A DNA stretch of 64,000 nt from Histomonas meleagridis 2922-C6/04-290x (lineage: Eukaryota > Protista > Parabasalia). The stretch lies in the NCBI GenBank assembly GCA_020184695.1, contig JAANOX010000035.1:186001-250000 (forward strand), read 5' to 3'. This document shows, piece after piece, positions 1 through 10,586 of the stretch (the stretch's first letter is position 1; the number at the start of each line of letters is the position of its first letter). The notes under the pieces were generated by a model. It searched no databases. It saw only the letters and a list, made by a program, of their open reading frames with translations, and had not been told where the DNA came from. The position numbers and the translations under genes are program-made.

Positions 1-2169
1 TTCACTTCCAAACTTATATGTAGGCAATCCTTGGAGTGATATTGATATATTTAATGGTATAGGCCGTGCTCTTTCCAGTAGTTTTGTGAAGTTCCGACCC
101 CCAATGTGACAGATCTCGCGAACAAATGATATCCACATATCTTCAGGAACATCTGAAATTGGATGCGTAGGGTCTTGAAACTTCGCAAGAGTCTTTGGGA
201 TGATCGTTTGATCGAAATTATGGATTTCCCAAAGCTCATGAAATAATGTTGGCAAACTAATTCCAGCAAATTCTAGTGGATCAAATCCAGGAAAAAGCTT
301 TTGGAAGACAACTGATGCTGCTAATGTAGCAATTGCAGTTTCTGTTACATGATCAAAACAATCTTCGAGAATTGACACAACTGTTAACATAGTAACAGCA
401 GTAAAGAGCTGTGTAGTAGGAGAGTCAAAGTTAGATAATATATTATCAATGTCTTGTAAATCAAAAGCTAATGGATATCCACATGATGGACAATCTTCCG
501 GAAGCTCGATATCAAAAACAATTCTGTATGGTTTGGGTGGAGAATAGCCTATATAGTTAGTAACTTCTTGTATGATAATATTAAACTTTTCAAAGATCTT
601 ATCGAAATTATCTAACTCTAACATCTTTGAAGTTGGTACAGTAAAGGTAATATCCTTAGCAACTATCTCACCCCAAGGTACTTGGATATTTTTAGTTCGT
701 TCCCATATCGAAGGATCTTTATAATCTGCTATCGGATGTTCACAAAAGTTGTGGAACGTTAAGTCTATCGTCAGCGTTTCTGTTTGAATAGGATTTGTTG
801 GTGCGTAACCGACATAAACGATGCCGCCAAAAGCCGATATAACTTTTGTGCACTTTTCGGCGAGGAGACTCACTGATATGATTGAAGGCCAACGTTTCCA
901 AGGGCCAGGTTTTGTTAAAAGCGACTCATGCTGCGATCCAATCTGCACGTGAGCGCCTTGAATGATAGGTTCGCATATAACTGTAGCAGGTACTCCAGCA
1001 GGTAACCAAAGTCCAGTTGATATCCATTCATCTCTCTGCAATTTAAAGGTTTTTTGGAAATCTGATAGTTCTACGTCTCCTGTTTTACCAGGGAAATCAA
1101 CATGTTCTGGTATTGGCTTTACAAGATTAACTGGAAGAATTGTATAAAGATACATTAATAATACTACAACTATTCCATGAACTTCTTCTGGGCATATACC
1201 ATTTTCTGCATGGTAATTAGTTCGATGAAGGAATTCCCATGCGCAATCTGTTAAATCACTTAACTCCTTTGAATAATTGTCATTACAAACCATTATGTAA
1301 CAACGCAAAACAGTAACTATATCATCCAATGCAACTGTGTTTATATTTGGTTGTTTAATCAAATTTTTGAAATTATCAAGTAATGTTACAAAATTTGAAT
1401 CCCTTATGTATACATATGAAGAAGGTACCTGTATGTTTTCTGAGACCTCTACATCTTCATTTAACAAACAAAAAGTATATGAAAGTGAAAATTTGGAAAG
1501 TAGATCATTGATTGGAAGAGAAAATGAACTGTATTCTGTATGGTTATAAAAGATTGCAAGACCTCTACCAGCTTCTCCAACAAATTCGACAAGTTGTTCG
1601 ATCTTTTGATCGTCTAACACAATATCTGAAGGAATCAAAATCGCCTTATAGCTGGTGAAGTTCACCTTGAAAGAGCCGTATTCAATAAAAATTCCGATTT
1701 CTTTGAGTGCATGTGTTATGTTATGTTTTTGTTGTTTGGTGAATCCGATACCAAGAACGGGGGTCATTGTGTTCTGGCCATAGGTTATCCAGTTTATGCA
1801 ATTTGATACGAATTGTCGAGTATCACCAACGCGCATATATTTTGTCGTGAGAAATTGGATTTGAGAAAAACAGATAACGCGACCTCGACCATAGACTGAA
1901 GCAGCAACAATTGGTAGTTGGATCTCTGAATCAATTGGCGTTGAATCATTAATGTGAAGAAAACATGTAACAATAGGGAAAGAATTAGTAGAAAAGCAAA
2001 CAACTGGCATCATATTGGGAAGAGCAGCAATCGACCTAACATGATTTACAATTTCGCTAAAAAACTTAACTGGAAAGTCTGATGAATTGGGGGATTGTGC
2101 ACCTTGCCGTGATGAGCCCTGGCTGACGCGAGGATGATGTGGTTGGACCGAGCCAATCCCGCACCCCAT
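1..2169 (-). CDS. M60-like/TCAF(FAM115)-like protein, HExxH absent; 3' partial (runs off window)
   Basis: Not in the ORF track because no stop falls inside the window. My manual translation from ATG 2169 is open for 723 codons: MGCGIGS..., IVAASVYGRGRVICFSQ (TCAF-like N-terminal motif), EWISTGLWLPAG (M60-like N domain), VPWGEIV, CGYP. Confidence 0.75.
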   Translation of the reverse strand, partial: MGCGIGSVQPHHPRVSQGSSRQGAQSPNSSDFPVKFFSEIVNHVRSIAALPNMMPVVCFSTNSFPIVTCFLHINDSTPIDSEIQLPIVAASVYGRGRVICFSQIQFLTTKYMRVGDTRQFVSNCINWITYGQNTMTPVLGIGFTKQQKHNITHALKEIGIFIEYGSFKVNFTSYKAILIPSDIVLDDQKIEQLVEFVGEAGRGLAIFYNHTEYSSFSLPINDLLSKFSLSYTFCLLNEDVEVSENIQVPSSYVYIRDSNFVTLLDNFKNLIKQPNINTVALDDIVTVLRCYIMVCNDNYSKELSDLTDCAWEFLHRTNYHAENGICPEEVHGIVVVLLMYLYTILPVNLVKPIPEHVDFPGKTGDVELSDFQKTFKLQRDEWISTGLWLPAGVPATVICEPIIQGAHVQIGSQHESLLTKPGPWKRWPSIISVSLLAEKCTKVISAFGGIVYVGYAPTNPIQTETLTIDLTFHNFCEHPIADYKDPSIWERTKNIQVPWGEIVAKDITFTVPTSKMLELDNFDKIFEKFNIIIQEVTNYIGYSPPKPYRIVFDIELPEDCPSCGYPLAFDLQDIDNILSNFDSPTTQLFTAVTMLTVVSILEDCFDHVTETAIATLAASVVFQKLFPGFDPLEFAGISLPTLFHELWEIHNFDQTIIPKTLAKFQDPTHPISDVPEDMWISFVREICHIGGRNFTKLLERARPIPLNISISLQGLPTYKFGSE

Positions 2170-3030
2170 TTCTACAAGATCTGAAAACACGTTACATAAA
2201 ACATTCAAATTCCGACTATTTTTAACAACGAATAAAGGTACTTTTTATATATAATAACCGTTAAAATTGGATTGCAATTTTAGTTGTTGGAAATTTTTCA
2301 TTTTGTTTCTATCTTCAAATACAGATTTTTTCTTGGCCTAAAAGCAATATAAATGATTTGCTTACACATTATATTTAAATTTTTTAGGATTTCTTTTTCG
2401 TTTTTTCGATAGATTCTCTTCAATGTCAAACTATATCAAAATATTTTTGATAGCTTCAATTGTTTTTATCTTTCTTGCTCTTATTATGTTGTTGTTTTCC
2501 TTATATTTATCTTGATTGAGGTGAATTTCGTACCAAATTTTATTCTCCAAAATAATGTTTCAGTTAATTCTGTTCTCAATTTTTCAATTTGTAAATCCCC
2601 TTTTTACAGATGATCGTATCGATATCGAAAATCTCTTCAATTTTTTCTGTCAGAACCGATCATTACCGTTGATTAATTCTGATAACTCTATTCAAAATGT
2701 TCTTTAGACATTTTTCGTTGGAATCAAAATCAAATCTTTTTGCTTGTGGATTTTTGAATAATTTCAGATGCATTATTTCGGTATTAAAATTCCTTGATGT
2801 ACCAAAACTGGAGCAGATGAGCACATTTAATCTAAAACAAAGTTCATTGCTGGGCAGATTAATCATACGGCCGTTTACAACTATTCTAAAAGTGAATATA
2901 TTTCTCATAATTATCCGTTGCTGTCAGTCAATTTTGCGAGAAACCACATTTTGTTGGCGTTTTTCGTGTAATAAACGTTCTCCTATGTAAACAAAACGAT
3001 AGAATTTACACATAAATTTTTAAATACAAA

Positions 3031-4293
3031 TTAATACTCGGTTTCGAACCCGTTTTCCTCTTCGATTTTTATATGACTCATTAACCCATGGCTAATTGGT
3101 AATGATCTTGAAGGCCTTCCTTTAATTGCCTTAAATACCTCTTCTCTTGGAGGTAGCTCATTCATTTGAACTGATGGTGATCCAGGCAAATGTCTGATGT
3201 TTTCTATCACATGCATTTGTACATTTTCGAGATAATCAGGCGTGTTCATGTTTTTCTTTTTATCTGGAACAAGATGTAATTTATATGTAGGCCTAAAGAA
3301 GTTATAATAATCTGTTTCTGGAAGATCATTTGATATTTCTTCTCCAACTAAAATTGAAGTTTCATATGTCCAACATCTTGCAACACTTGTTTTTGTATAT
3401 CCACCGCCACCAACTACAAGCATTGGAATACCAAATGATTTAACATATGCAACACATGCTCCATGTCCATATGTTGAAAGATTAAAGTTTCCAAGGCGAT
3501 CACCTACGAGTGAATCAGCGCCACATTGAAGCATTACCGCGGATGGACGAAACCAGTCCATAAGATGCTTAATTACTGGCTTAAAAATACTAAGATATGA
3601 ATCGTCTGTAATTCCATCTCTGAGGGGAACGTTAACTGCATAGTATTTCCCCAGTGAAGTGCCGATGTCGTAGACGTGGCCTGTGCCAGGAAAATAATCA
3701 TTACCATACTTGTGGAATGAAACTGTGAGAACTCTATCGCTGTTATAAAATGCTTCTTCAACACCATCTCCATGATGAATATCAATGTCAATGTACATTA
3801 CTCTTGGATGGTATTTAAGAAGTTCCATGATTCCAAGAACACAATCTGCAACATAACAGAAACCTGATGCCATTTCACGGCGAGCATGGTGAAGACCACC
3901 TGCCCAATTTATTGCAATATCACATAAACCATAATTAAGTCTTTGTGCCGCTGAAATTGATCCTCCTGCTGAAATCTGACAATATTCGAAAAGATTATTG
4001 AAAGCTGGACAATCATCACCAAAACCATATTGAACATATTCTGGATTATTCTCTGAAAAACTTTCTGGAGATGCGTTCATAAGAAATTTTATGTAAGCAG
4101 GAGAATGGAAACGCATCATTTCAATAGGTGTAGCTCTGTTTGGACGAAAAATGTTCATATGTTTGTAAAGTCCATATGAAAGGATAAATGCATGTGTCAT
4201 TCGAACCCTTATTGGTTTCATTGGATGACCTGCCTCATAATAATAATTACCAATCTCTTCATCAAAAAAGTAATCAACTCTGGGACCTGGCAT
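3031..4293 (-). CDS. HDAC1: Class I histone deacetylase (Rpd3/HDAC1-like)
   Basis: GHPMKPIR, INWAGGLHHA, SGFCYV, YIDIDIHHGDGVEEAFY, VSFHKYG, FPGTG, QCGADSL, GGGGY motifs are all present. Confidence 0.97.
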   Translation of the reverse strand: MPGPRVDYFFDEEIGNYYYEAGHPMKPIRVRMTHAFILSYGLYKHMNIFRPNRATPIEMMRFHSPAYIKFLMNASPESFSENNPEYVQYGFGDDCPAFNNLFEYCQISAGGSISAAQRLNYGLCDIAINWAGGLHHARREMASGFCYVADCVLGIMELLKYHPRVMYIDIDIHHGDGVEEAFYNSDRVLTVSFHKYGNDYFPGTGHVYDIGTSLGKYYAVNVPLRDGITDDSYLSIFKPVIKHLMDWFRPSAVMLQCGADSLVGDRLGNFNLSTYGHGACVAYVKSFGIPMLVVGGGGYTKTSVARCWTYETSILVGEEISNDLPETDYYNFFRPTYKLHLVPDKKKNMNTPDYLENVQMHVIENIRHLPGSPSVQMNELPPREEVFKAIKGRPSRSLPISHGLMSHIKIEEENGFETEY

Positions 4294-4344
4294 TTCACAT
4301 AAATATGTTCAAACAAACCTATTCAAACATAAAATCGAAGCAAT

Positions 4345-4352
4345 GTCACTTT
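4345..4352 (-). promoter_or_regulatory. AAAGTGAC motif (T. vaginalis M2-like core promoter element) in the HDAC/radical SAM divergent promoter
   Basis: GTCACTTT on + strand, 52 nt upstream of the HDAC ATG. The same 8-mer recurs near many other gene starts in the window. Confidence 0.5.
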
Positions 4353-4450
4353 TGATAAATTTTAAACGTTTATTTCCCGGCAATTTTTATCACTTCACAA
4401 TAGCACTTTTGTGTTTTGAAAAGTGGCAACTTAAAATTTTCTTTCTTAAA

Positions 4451-6001
4451 ATGCAAGCGTTTGAAGAATCACCATTATTTAAACCACTTCCAAACAACGA
4501 AATTTTATGTCTTTGCTGTCAGCACAAATGTGTTATTCCTCCAGGTAAACTTGGTCATTGTAGAGCTCGTGGAAATGTAAATAGGAAACCTTATTCACCT
4601 GTATGGGGTCGTTATACTGTTCACATTGATCCTATTGAGAAAAAACCTCTTTATCATTTTCTGCCTGGTACTAAAGTTTATTCATATGGTACTGTTGGTT
4701 GTAATTTTAGTTGTCAGTTTTGTCAAAACTCTAGCCTAAGTATGTGGAAACTTGATATTGAAGATGTAAAATGCCTTAAACAAAACGATGTTGGCAATTT
4801 ACGGTATTACACACCTGAAGATATGGTTAAATCAGCAATTAAATCAGGTTGTAAGTCAATAGCTTCCACTTACAATGAGCCTACAATCTCCACCGAGTTT
4901 TCTTATCAAGTTTTCAAACTTGCCAAAATGAATAATCTTTATACAATATATGTTACAAATGGTTTTGAAAGTGTTGAAGCACTAAATTATCTAGCTCCAT
5001 ACCTCGATGCTGTGAACATTGATCTTAAATCATTTCGTGAACCATTTTATCAACGAATATGTGGTGCACATCTTGATGGTGTTTGTAAAACCATTCAGCG
5101 CTGTGTATCAATGGGCATACATGCCGAGATAACAACATTAGTCATTCCAGGAGAAAATGACAGTGATTCTGAACTTGAAGATTGTGCACGATTCATATCA
5201 TCTATTGATAAAAACATTGTTTGGCACCTATCTGCGTATCATGATGACTATAATTTCCATGGTCGCGGAAGGACTCCATTGAAAACTCTTCAAAAAGGAT
5301 TTGAAATCGGGAAACGGTTTGGAATACGTTACATATATTTGGGGAACGTTAGTGCTCCTGGTGTCAGAAGTACGAAATGTCCAAAATGCGGGAAATTACT
5401 TATAGAAAGGGATCACTACACTGCCAATGTGTTAATGAAACAAGGGATGTGTAAATGTGGGGAAATAATTCCGGGATTATTTAAAGATGCAAATAATCTT
5501 CCCCCGAAAATCGATTTAGTACCAGAACACTTATTAGATAAGATTGAAGATGATAATAAGAAATTAATTGCCCAAAAAAATGTTGTTGTTTACGCATCGA
5601 AAAATGGAACATCGAAAAGTTTTGCTGAAAAAATTGCAAATCAATTAGGATTTGAACTAATTGATATGAGTGTCTTAAATGTGTTGAGTTTATGTGAAAT
5701 GAATAATGTTGTATTTTGTGTGTCGACTTATGGAAGAGGTGCGCCACCAAATTCAGCAAAGAAATTTTGGAACGAATTGTTGAGTTTTGATGGCGAATTA
5801 CCAAATTTAAAGTTTGTTATTTTAGGATGTGGTTCTTCTTCATTCCCTAATACATTTGTAGGGTTTGCATTGGCATTAAGGCAGAAATTATTGGAATTGA
5901 AATGCATCGAAATAATGCCAATGTATAAACATGACGAAATGTCTGAAGAAGAAGATGAAATAGAAGTAAATAAGTGGATGTCGGAAATAAAGTTCACGTA
6001 A
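4451..6001 (+). CDS. amrS: AmmeMemoRadiSam-type radical SAM enzyme fused to a C-terminal flavodoxin domain
   Basis: CLCCQHKC...GHCRAR N-terminal Cys cluster, DPIEKKPLYHFLPG, CNFSCQFC (CxxxCxxC), TYNEPT, NIDLK and CPKCG. Then flavodoxin motifs YASKNGTS, STYGRGAPP, GCGSSSF. ATG 4451 preferred over the ORF-track start 4343. Confidence 0.85.
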   Translation: MQAFEESPLFKPLPNNEILCLCCQHKCVIPPGKLGHCRARGNVNRKPYSPVWGRYTVHIDPIEKKPLYHFLPGTKVYSYGTVGCNFSCQFCQNSSLSMWKLDIEDVKCLKQNDVGNLRYYTPEDMVKSAIKSGCKSIASTYNEPTISTEFSYQVFKLAKMNNLYTIYVTNGFESVEALNYLAPYLDAVNIDLKSFREPFYQRICGAHLDGVCKTIQRCVSMGIHAEITTLVIPGENDSDSELEDCARFISSIDKNIVWHLSAYHDDYNFHGRGRTPLKTLQKGFEIGKRFGIRYIYLGNVSAPGVRSTKCPKCGKLLIERDHYTANVLMKQGMCKCGEIIPGLFKDANNLPPKIDLVPEHLLDKIEDDNKKLIAQKNVVVYASKNGTSKSFAEKIANQLGFELIDMSVLNVLSLCEMNNVVFCVSTYGRGAPPNSAKKFWNELLSFDGELPNLKFVILGCGSSSFPNTFVGFALALRQKLLELKCIEIMPMYKHDEMSEEEDEIEVNKWMSEIKFT

Positions 6002-6152
6002 TGAATAAATATTTTAATTTGCGTTTTTTCAACAATTGTCAAGAAAAAAATTTCCATTTTATGACTTAATAAAATATGTCTTTACAAAAAAATTGTCTTT
6101 CATATAAAACATTACTTAAGTCGAGTAATTTAACATTTATTAATTTAAAAAT

Positions 6153-9100
6153 TCATATCCAATTATCGTTATCATTCAGAACCATTTTGTTTACTTCGTC
6201 ATCAATTTGCATTTCTTTAGTTCCATCATTGATATCAGCGCTTGATTCTATTAAAGATTTCTTCACATTTTTATTACGCTTAAACATAAACACTACAATT
6301 CCTGTAATGATTAAAACAACTGCAACTGAAACGCAAATAATTCCAATCACCAATGATTTGCTAATTTGATTATCATTTTCATCAGCGTTGTGTGATACGA
6401 TTGTAAAGAAATTCGAATAAACGAAATAATACGTCGAAAATTGAATAACAGTATATTCATAGAAAATAACATTTGAATTTACATAAATATGTTTCGAATT
6501 AATAAACAAAACAGAAACAGTATTAGTTACAAAAGAACGCTGTATACTATACGAATTAGATAACGAAACTGTTATAGAAGTAACCCAACTGAACGAATAC
6601 ACAGCGTCATATGGAAGTGAACCAGTGAATGTATTTGAGTTAGTGAACGTATTAGAATTGGTGAATATATTTGATTTGGTGAAAGTGTTTGATTTAGTTA
6701 ATGTGTTTGATTTAGTGAATGTATTTGACTTAGTAAATGTAAATGTTAAAATTGAAGTGCATTGGTTATCTTGAGCATATTCTTTGTTTACAGATATATT
6801 TGCAAATGTTCCGTTTTGATATGAACTCAATGTAATAACATTCACATTATTTACATTACTAAAAATGTCATTTCCAATTTGTTCAGGTTCTTTTTGTCCA
6901 TAAAAATAAACGCACCGAAGGTTACTACAATTTTGGAAAGCATAATTTCCAATTGTATTAACATTTTCTCCAATTTTAACTAAGGTTAGATTAGGACAAG
7001 AAAAGAATGCAATGGAACCAATTGAAGTAACTGAATCGGGAATTATAATATTTTGTAATAAAGAACAATTACAAAATGCCCAATCATTAATTGTTATAAC
7101 ATTCTCTTGAATTATAATTGAAACTAATTTTGATGAATTATAAAATGTATATTTGCCAATTGTATTTACTGAATTTGGAATTTCAAATTTATCACTTTCA
7201 TATCCAATTGGATAACATATAATATTTGAAGTGTTTTTATTATATAATATTCCATCGTTATTATAATTGGAATAGTTTTTGTTGTCTTTAGAAATATTTA
7301 TATATTTCAAATTTGTACATGAAGAAAAAGGATTTTCTTCAATAAATTGAACTGATTCTGGTATGTTAATATAATTTAATGAATAACAATAAGAAAATGC
7401 ATAACATTCAATGATCAAAACATTTTCACGTAATATAATTTTTGTTAAGTTATAACATGATCTAAATGACGTCGATACAATTAATTTAACAAAATATGGA
7501 AGTGAAATAAATGTTAAAGATGTACATAATTCAAAAGCAGATGTTTTAATTTCTGTAATATTTTCTCCAAATTTTATAACATTTAATTTAGTGCAATAGA
7601 AGAATGAATAATTCTCAATTGAAGTTAAATTATTTGGTAATTCAATAGATTCTAATGAAGAACATAATGAAAAAACAGAAAATCCCAATTTTTGAAGACT
7701 ATTCCCAATTTTAATATTAGTTAAAGTATTACAATTATTAAATGCCTTATCACCAATTTCAACAATAAAGTCTAAAGTAATGAAATTAACCAATGAATAA
7801 CAATTAGAAAATGAATAATTACCAATAGTAGTTAAATTTTCGCCAATTTTAATATCCTTTAAATTAAAACATCCATAAAATGCATATTCATTAATATTAC
7901 TTATGTTATTACATATATCAATGGTTTCTAAATTTGAACATTGATAAAATGCATAACTTTCAATTGTTTTAACTGTGTTTGGTATTATAATGCTTTTTAA
8001 CGAAGAACATTTATAAAATGTTTGCATTTGTATTTCAGTTATGCTTCCTGATATATTTACAAATTCTAAATTAGAACAACAATAAAAAGAACAACTACAA
8101 ATTGATATAATAGATTTTGGAATCATGATATTTTGTAATGAACTACAATACATAAATGCAGAATAACCAATTGTTTGAAGATATTCTCCGAATGTAATAT
8201 TTATTAAATCATTACAATACTGAAATGAATAGCTTCCAATTGTAATTAATGAATTTGAGGTTATATTTTCTAGTGTGCAATTACAAAATGCAAAATTTGA
8301 TATATTTGTTGTATTAACTGGAAGTGTAAGTGATTTATTCATATTCCCCATTGGATAACATATAATTAAACTTAAGTTTTTATTATATAGAATTCCATCA
8401 TTTTCATTATTGGAGTAATAATTATTGTCATTAGAAAACGTGCATGCACGACTGAAATGAGTAACTTCCAATTGAAGTGAGACTGTCTGGAAATGTTATA
8501 TTAATTAATGAATAACATAATACAAATGAATAATCACCAATTGTTTGGGCAATTCCTTTAAAAATAACATTTGATAATTCAAAACAATAATAAAATACAT
8601 AACGACCAATTGATTTTAATTGGCTTGGAATTGTAACATTTTGCAAATATGAACAATTATAAAATGAGTAATCATCTAATGAATTTGTTTTTTCAGGAAT
8701 TTCAAAACTAACATTTTCATTTCCAGCTGGATAACAAATTAAAACAGTGGAATTCGTATTATAAAGAATTCCTCCATTTTCATTATAATAATCGGAATCG
8801 TTACTATTAGAAACAAAAATAGATTGAAGTGAAACACAAAATATGAATGCATTTGATGAAATAAATTGTAATGAAGAAGGAATTGTAATATTTTTTAATG
8901 AAGAACAATATCGAAATGCGTAATCACCAATTGTTTTTACTGCATCGCCAATGTTTATCATTTCCAGATTGGTACAACAAGAAAAAGTTTTGTTTCCAAT
9001 TATTTTAACTTCGTTTGGAATTGTGATATTCTTTAACTTAAAACATAAAGAAAAAACAGAATTTTGAATTGTGTTCACATTTTTTCCAATGATAACATTT

Positions 9101-9450
9101 TCTAAATTAGAACACGAAAAAAATGCTTTATCATTTATTGTTTCAACTGAATCGCCAATGGAAACATTTCTTACTGATGGCCAGTTACTAAATGCTGAAG
9201 AATTTATTTCATTAACATTATAAATAATAATATGATCTGTTTCATATTTATATAAGTATATATGATTAAAGTCATCATGTTTTGTTATTTGTAATGTTTT
9301 ATTATTTTCATTAAAAATTTGAAATGAAGTTGAAAAATATATAATGAAAACGAATGGAAATTTAAAAAAATTCTGATATGACTGAAATCTAGATTTTATT
9401 AAAAATAATTTTACTTGATAGAAATAATAAAAAGAAATAAATATTATCAT
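6153..9450 (-). pseudogene. BspA-like (TpLRR) type I membrane protein, split by one frameshift near 8440-8450
   Basis: ORFs 8431-9450 and 6153-8471 form one continuous TpLRR array (CxxLxxIxIPxSVxxIGxxAF), followed by a TKSNTF repeat stalk, TM segment and acidic tail. The frames change at a small deletion. Confidence 0.85.
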
Positions 9451-9540
9451 AAAAAATACTTTTAAGAATTTAAATAAAATTATGAAACATTTTGAATTTA
9501 GATATATATAAAACGAGGTATCTTTTTGAATATAAATGTT

Positions 9541-9735
9541 TTATTCATTATGTTTACATATATCCTTTGTTTTATTTTGATTTTTAACAGAAGTTATAAA
9601 TGATTTGCGATTTTTTATAAAAAAAGATTTGCTTAAATTTATAAATAGTAGCACAACAAGCAAAAGAAATGCCACAGCTTGTTTGAAGTCTTCAAATTTT
9701 ACACCCGATTTTGTGGTTCTGTAGGAATTTTCCAT
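9541..9735 (-). CDS. Possible small single-pass membrane protein (64 aa)
   Basis: MENSYRTTKSGVKFEDFKQAVAFLLLVVLLFINL...; AAAGTGAC motif on the same strand at 9792-9799. No recognisable homology. Confidence 0.3.
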   Translation of the reverse strand: MENSYRTTKSGVKFEDFKQAVAFLLLVVLLFINLSKSFFIKNRKSFITSVKNQNKTKDICKHNE

Positions 9736-10586
9736 TTTTTTTGTTACGGTTTTGATTTTTGTGAGTACAAATTTGTTCAGCAAAGTCTGTCGTCACTTTT
9801 TATTTCACATCAAAACAACAAAAAAACGTGTATTTTGCTATTTTATTATAATTTCATCAGTTTATTTATTTTATTCAATGCCAGTAAATTTTAACGCAGC
9901 TAGTATCTCAGTATTTTTTGAAGAGCACTAGTTAATCCAAAGGTAAATATATTTTAAAATAAAAATCGGTTTAAACACAGTTAATTTTTGCCACCTAACA
10001 AAAAAATTGAATAGGCCTAACTGCCAAAAAAATATCTTCATGATTTGATTAAAAATACGTACTTCTTCTTTGTTTTGTATGTTCCTTACAATGATAAATT
10101 TGGTGATTCATGTTCTCCCTGAATTTGAAATTTCATAAAATTCAATAGCAACATCATTGTTTTTAAAACATTTTTAATAAGTAAACATAATTTCATTTTG
10201 CTGTATAAAAAAATTTGATATTACATTCTTTGATATAATTAATAGATCTTTATAAAACAATTTGAAAATATCACATAAAAATTTTCATCAATTAAGTTTT
10301 TTCATTTCACATAACATATGCTTTTATATAATAATTTTACTCATTGATCATCTTTAAGAATAAAATTCATAAATTCATTGTCAACTTTATTATTACTATC
10401 AGACAACTTAGGAAATGAGTTCAATATTTATTTTTTAAGATGTACCGAAATCTTTTATTGACCTTATAGCTATAAATTTTCTTTTCTAAAATTCCTTATT
10501 TTTGAAAATCGTCCTGACAATTTCGGGATATTTTGAATTCATTTCGTTGGCTTGAATGAGTTTTATGGTTACAAGATATTAATCAT

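Noticed and set aside
2200-2990. Short overlapping ORFs (2663-2908 -, 2697-2990 +) and coding-like fragments
   Set aside because: Multiple stops in every frame and no recognisable motif; may be a relic but cannot be supported.
9393-9416. Possible short GT...AG intron (26 or 33 nt) in the 5' end of BspA
   Set aside because: No CTAAC-type branch motif, and the frame is already open without splicing.
10000-10450. Degenerate coding-like sequence on the minus strand
   Set aside because: Too decayed to assign to any family by eye.
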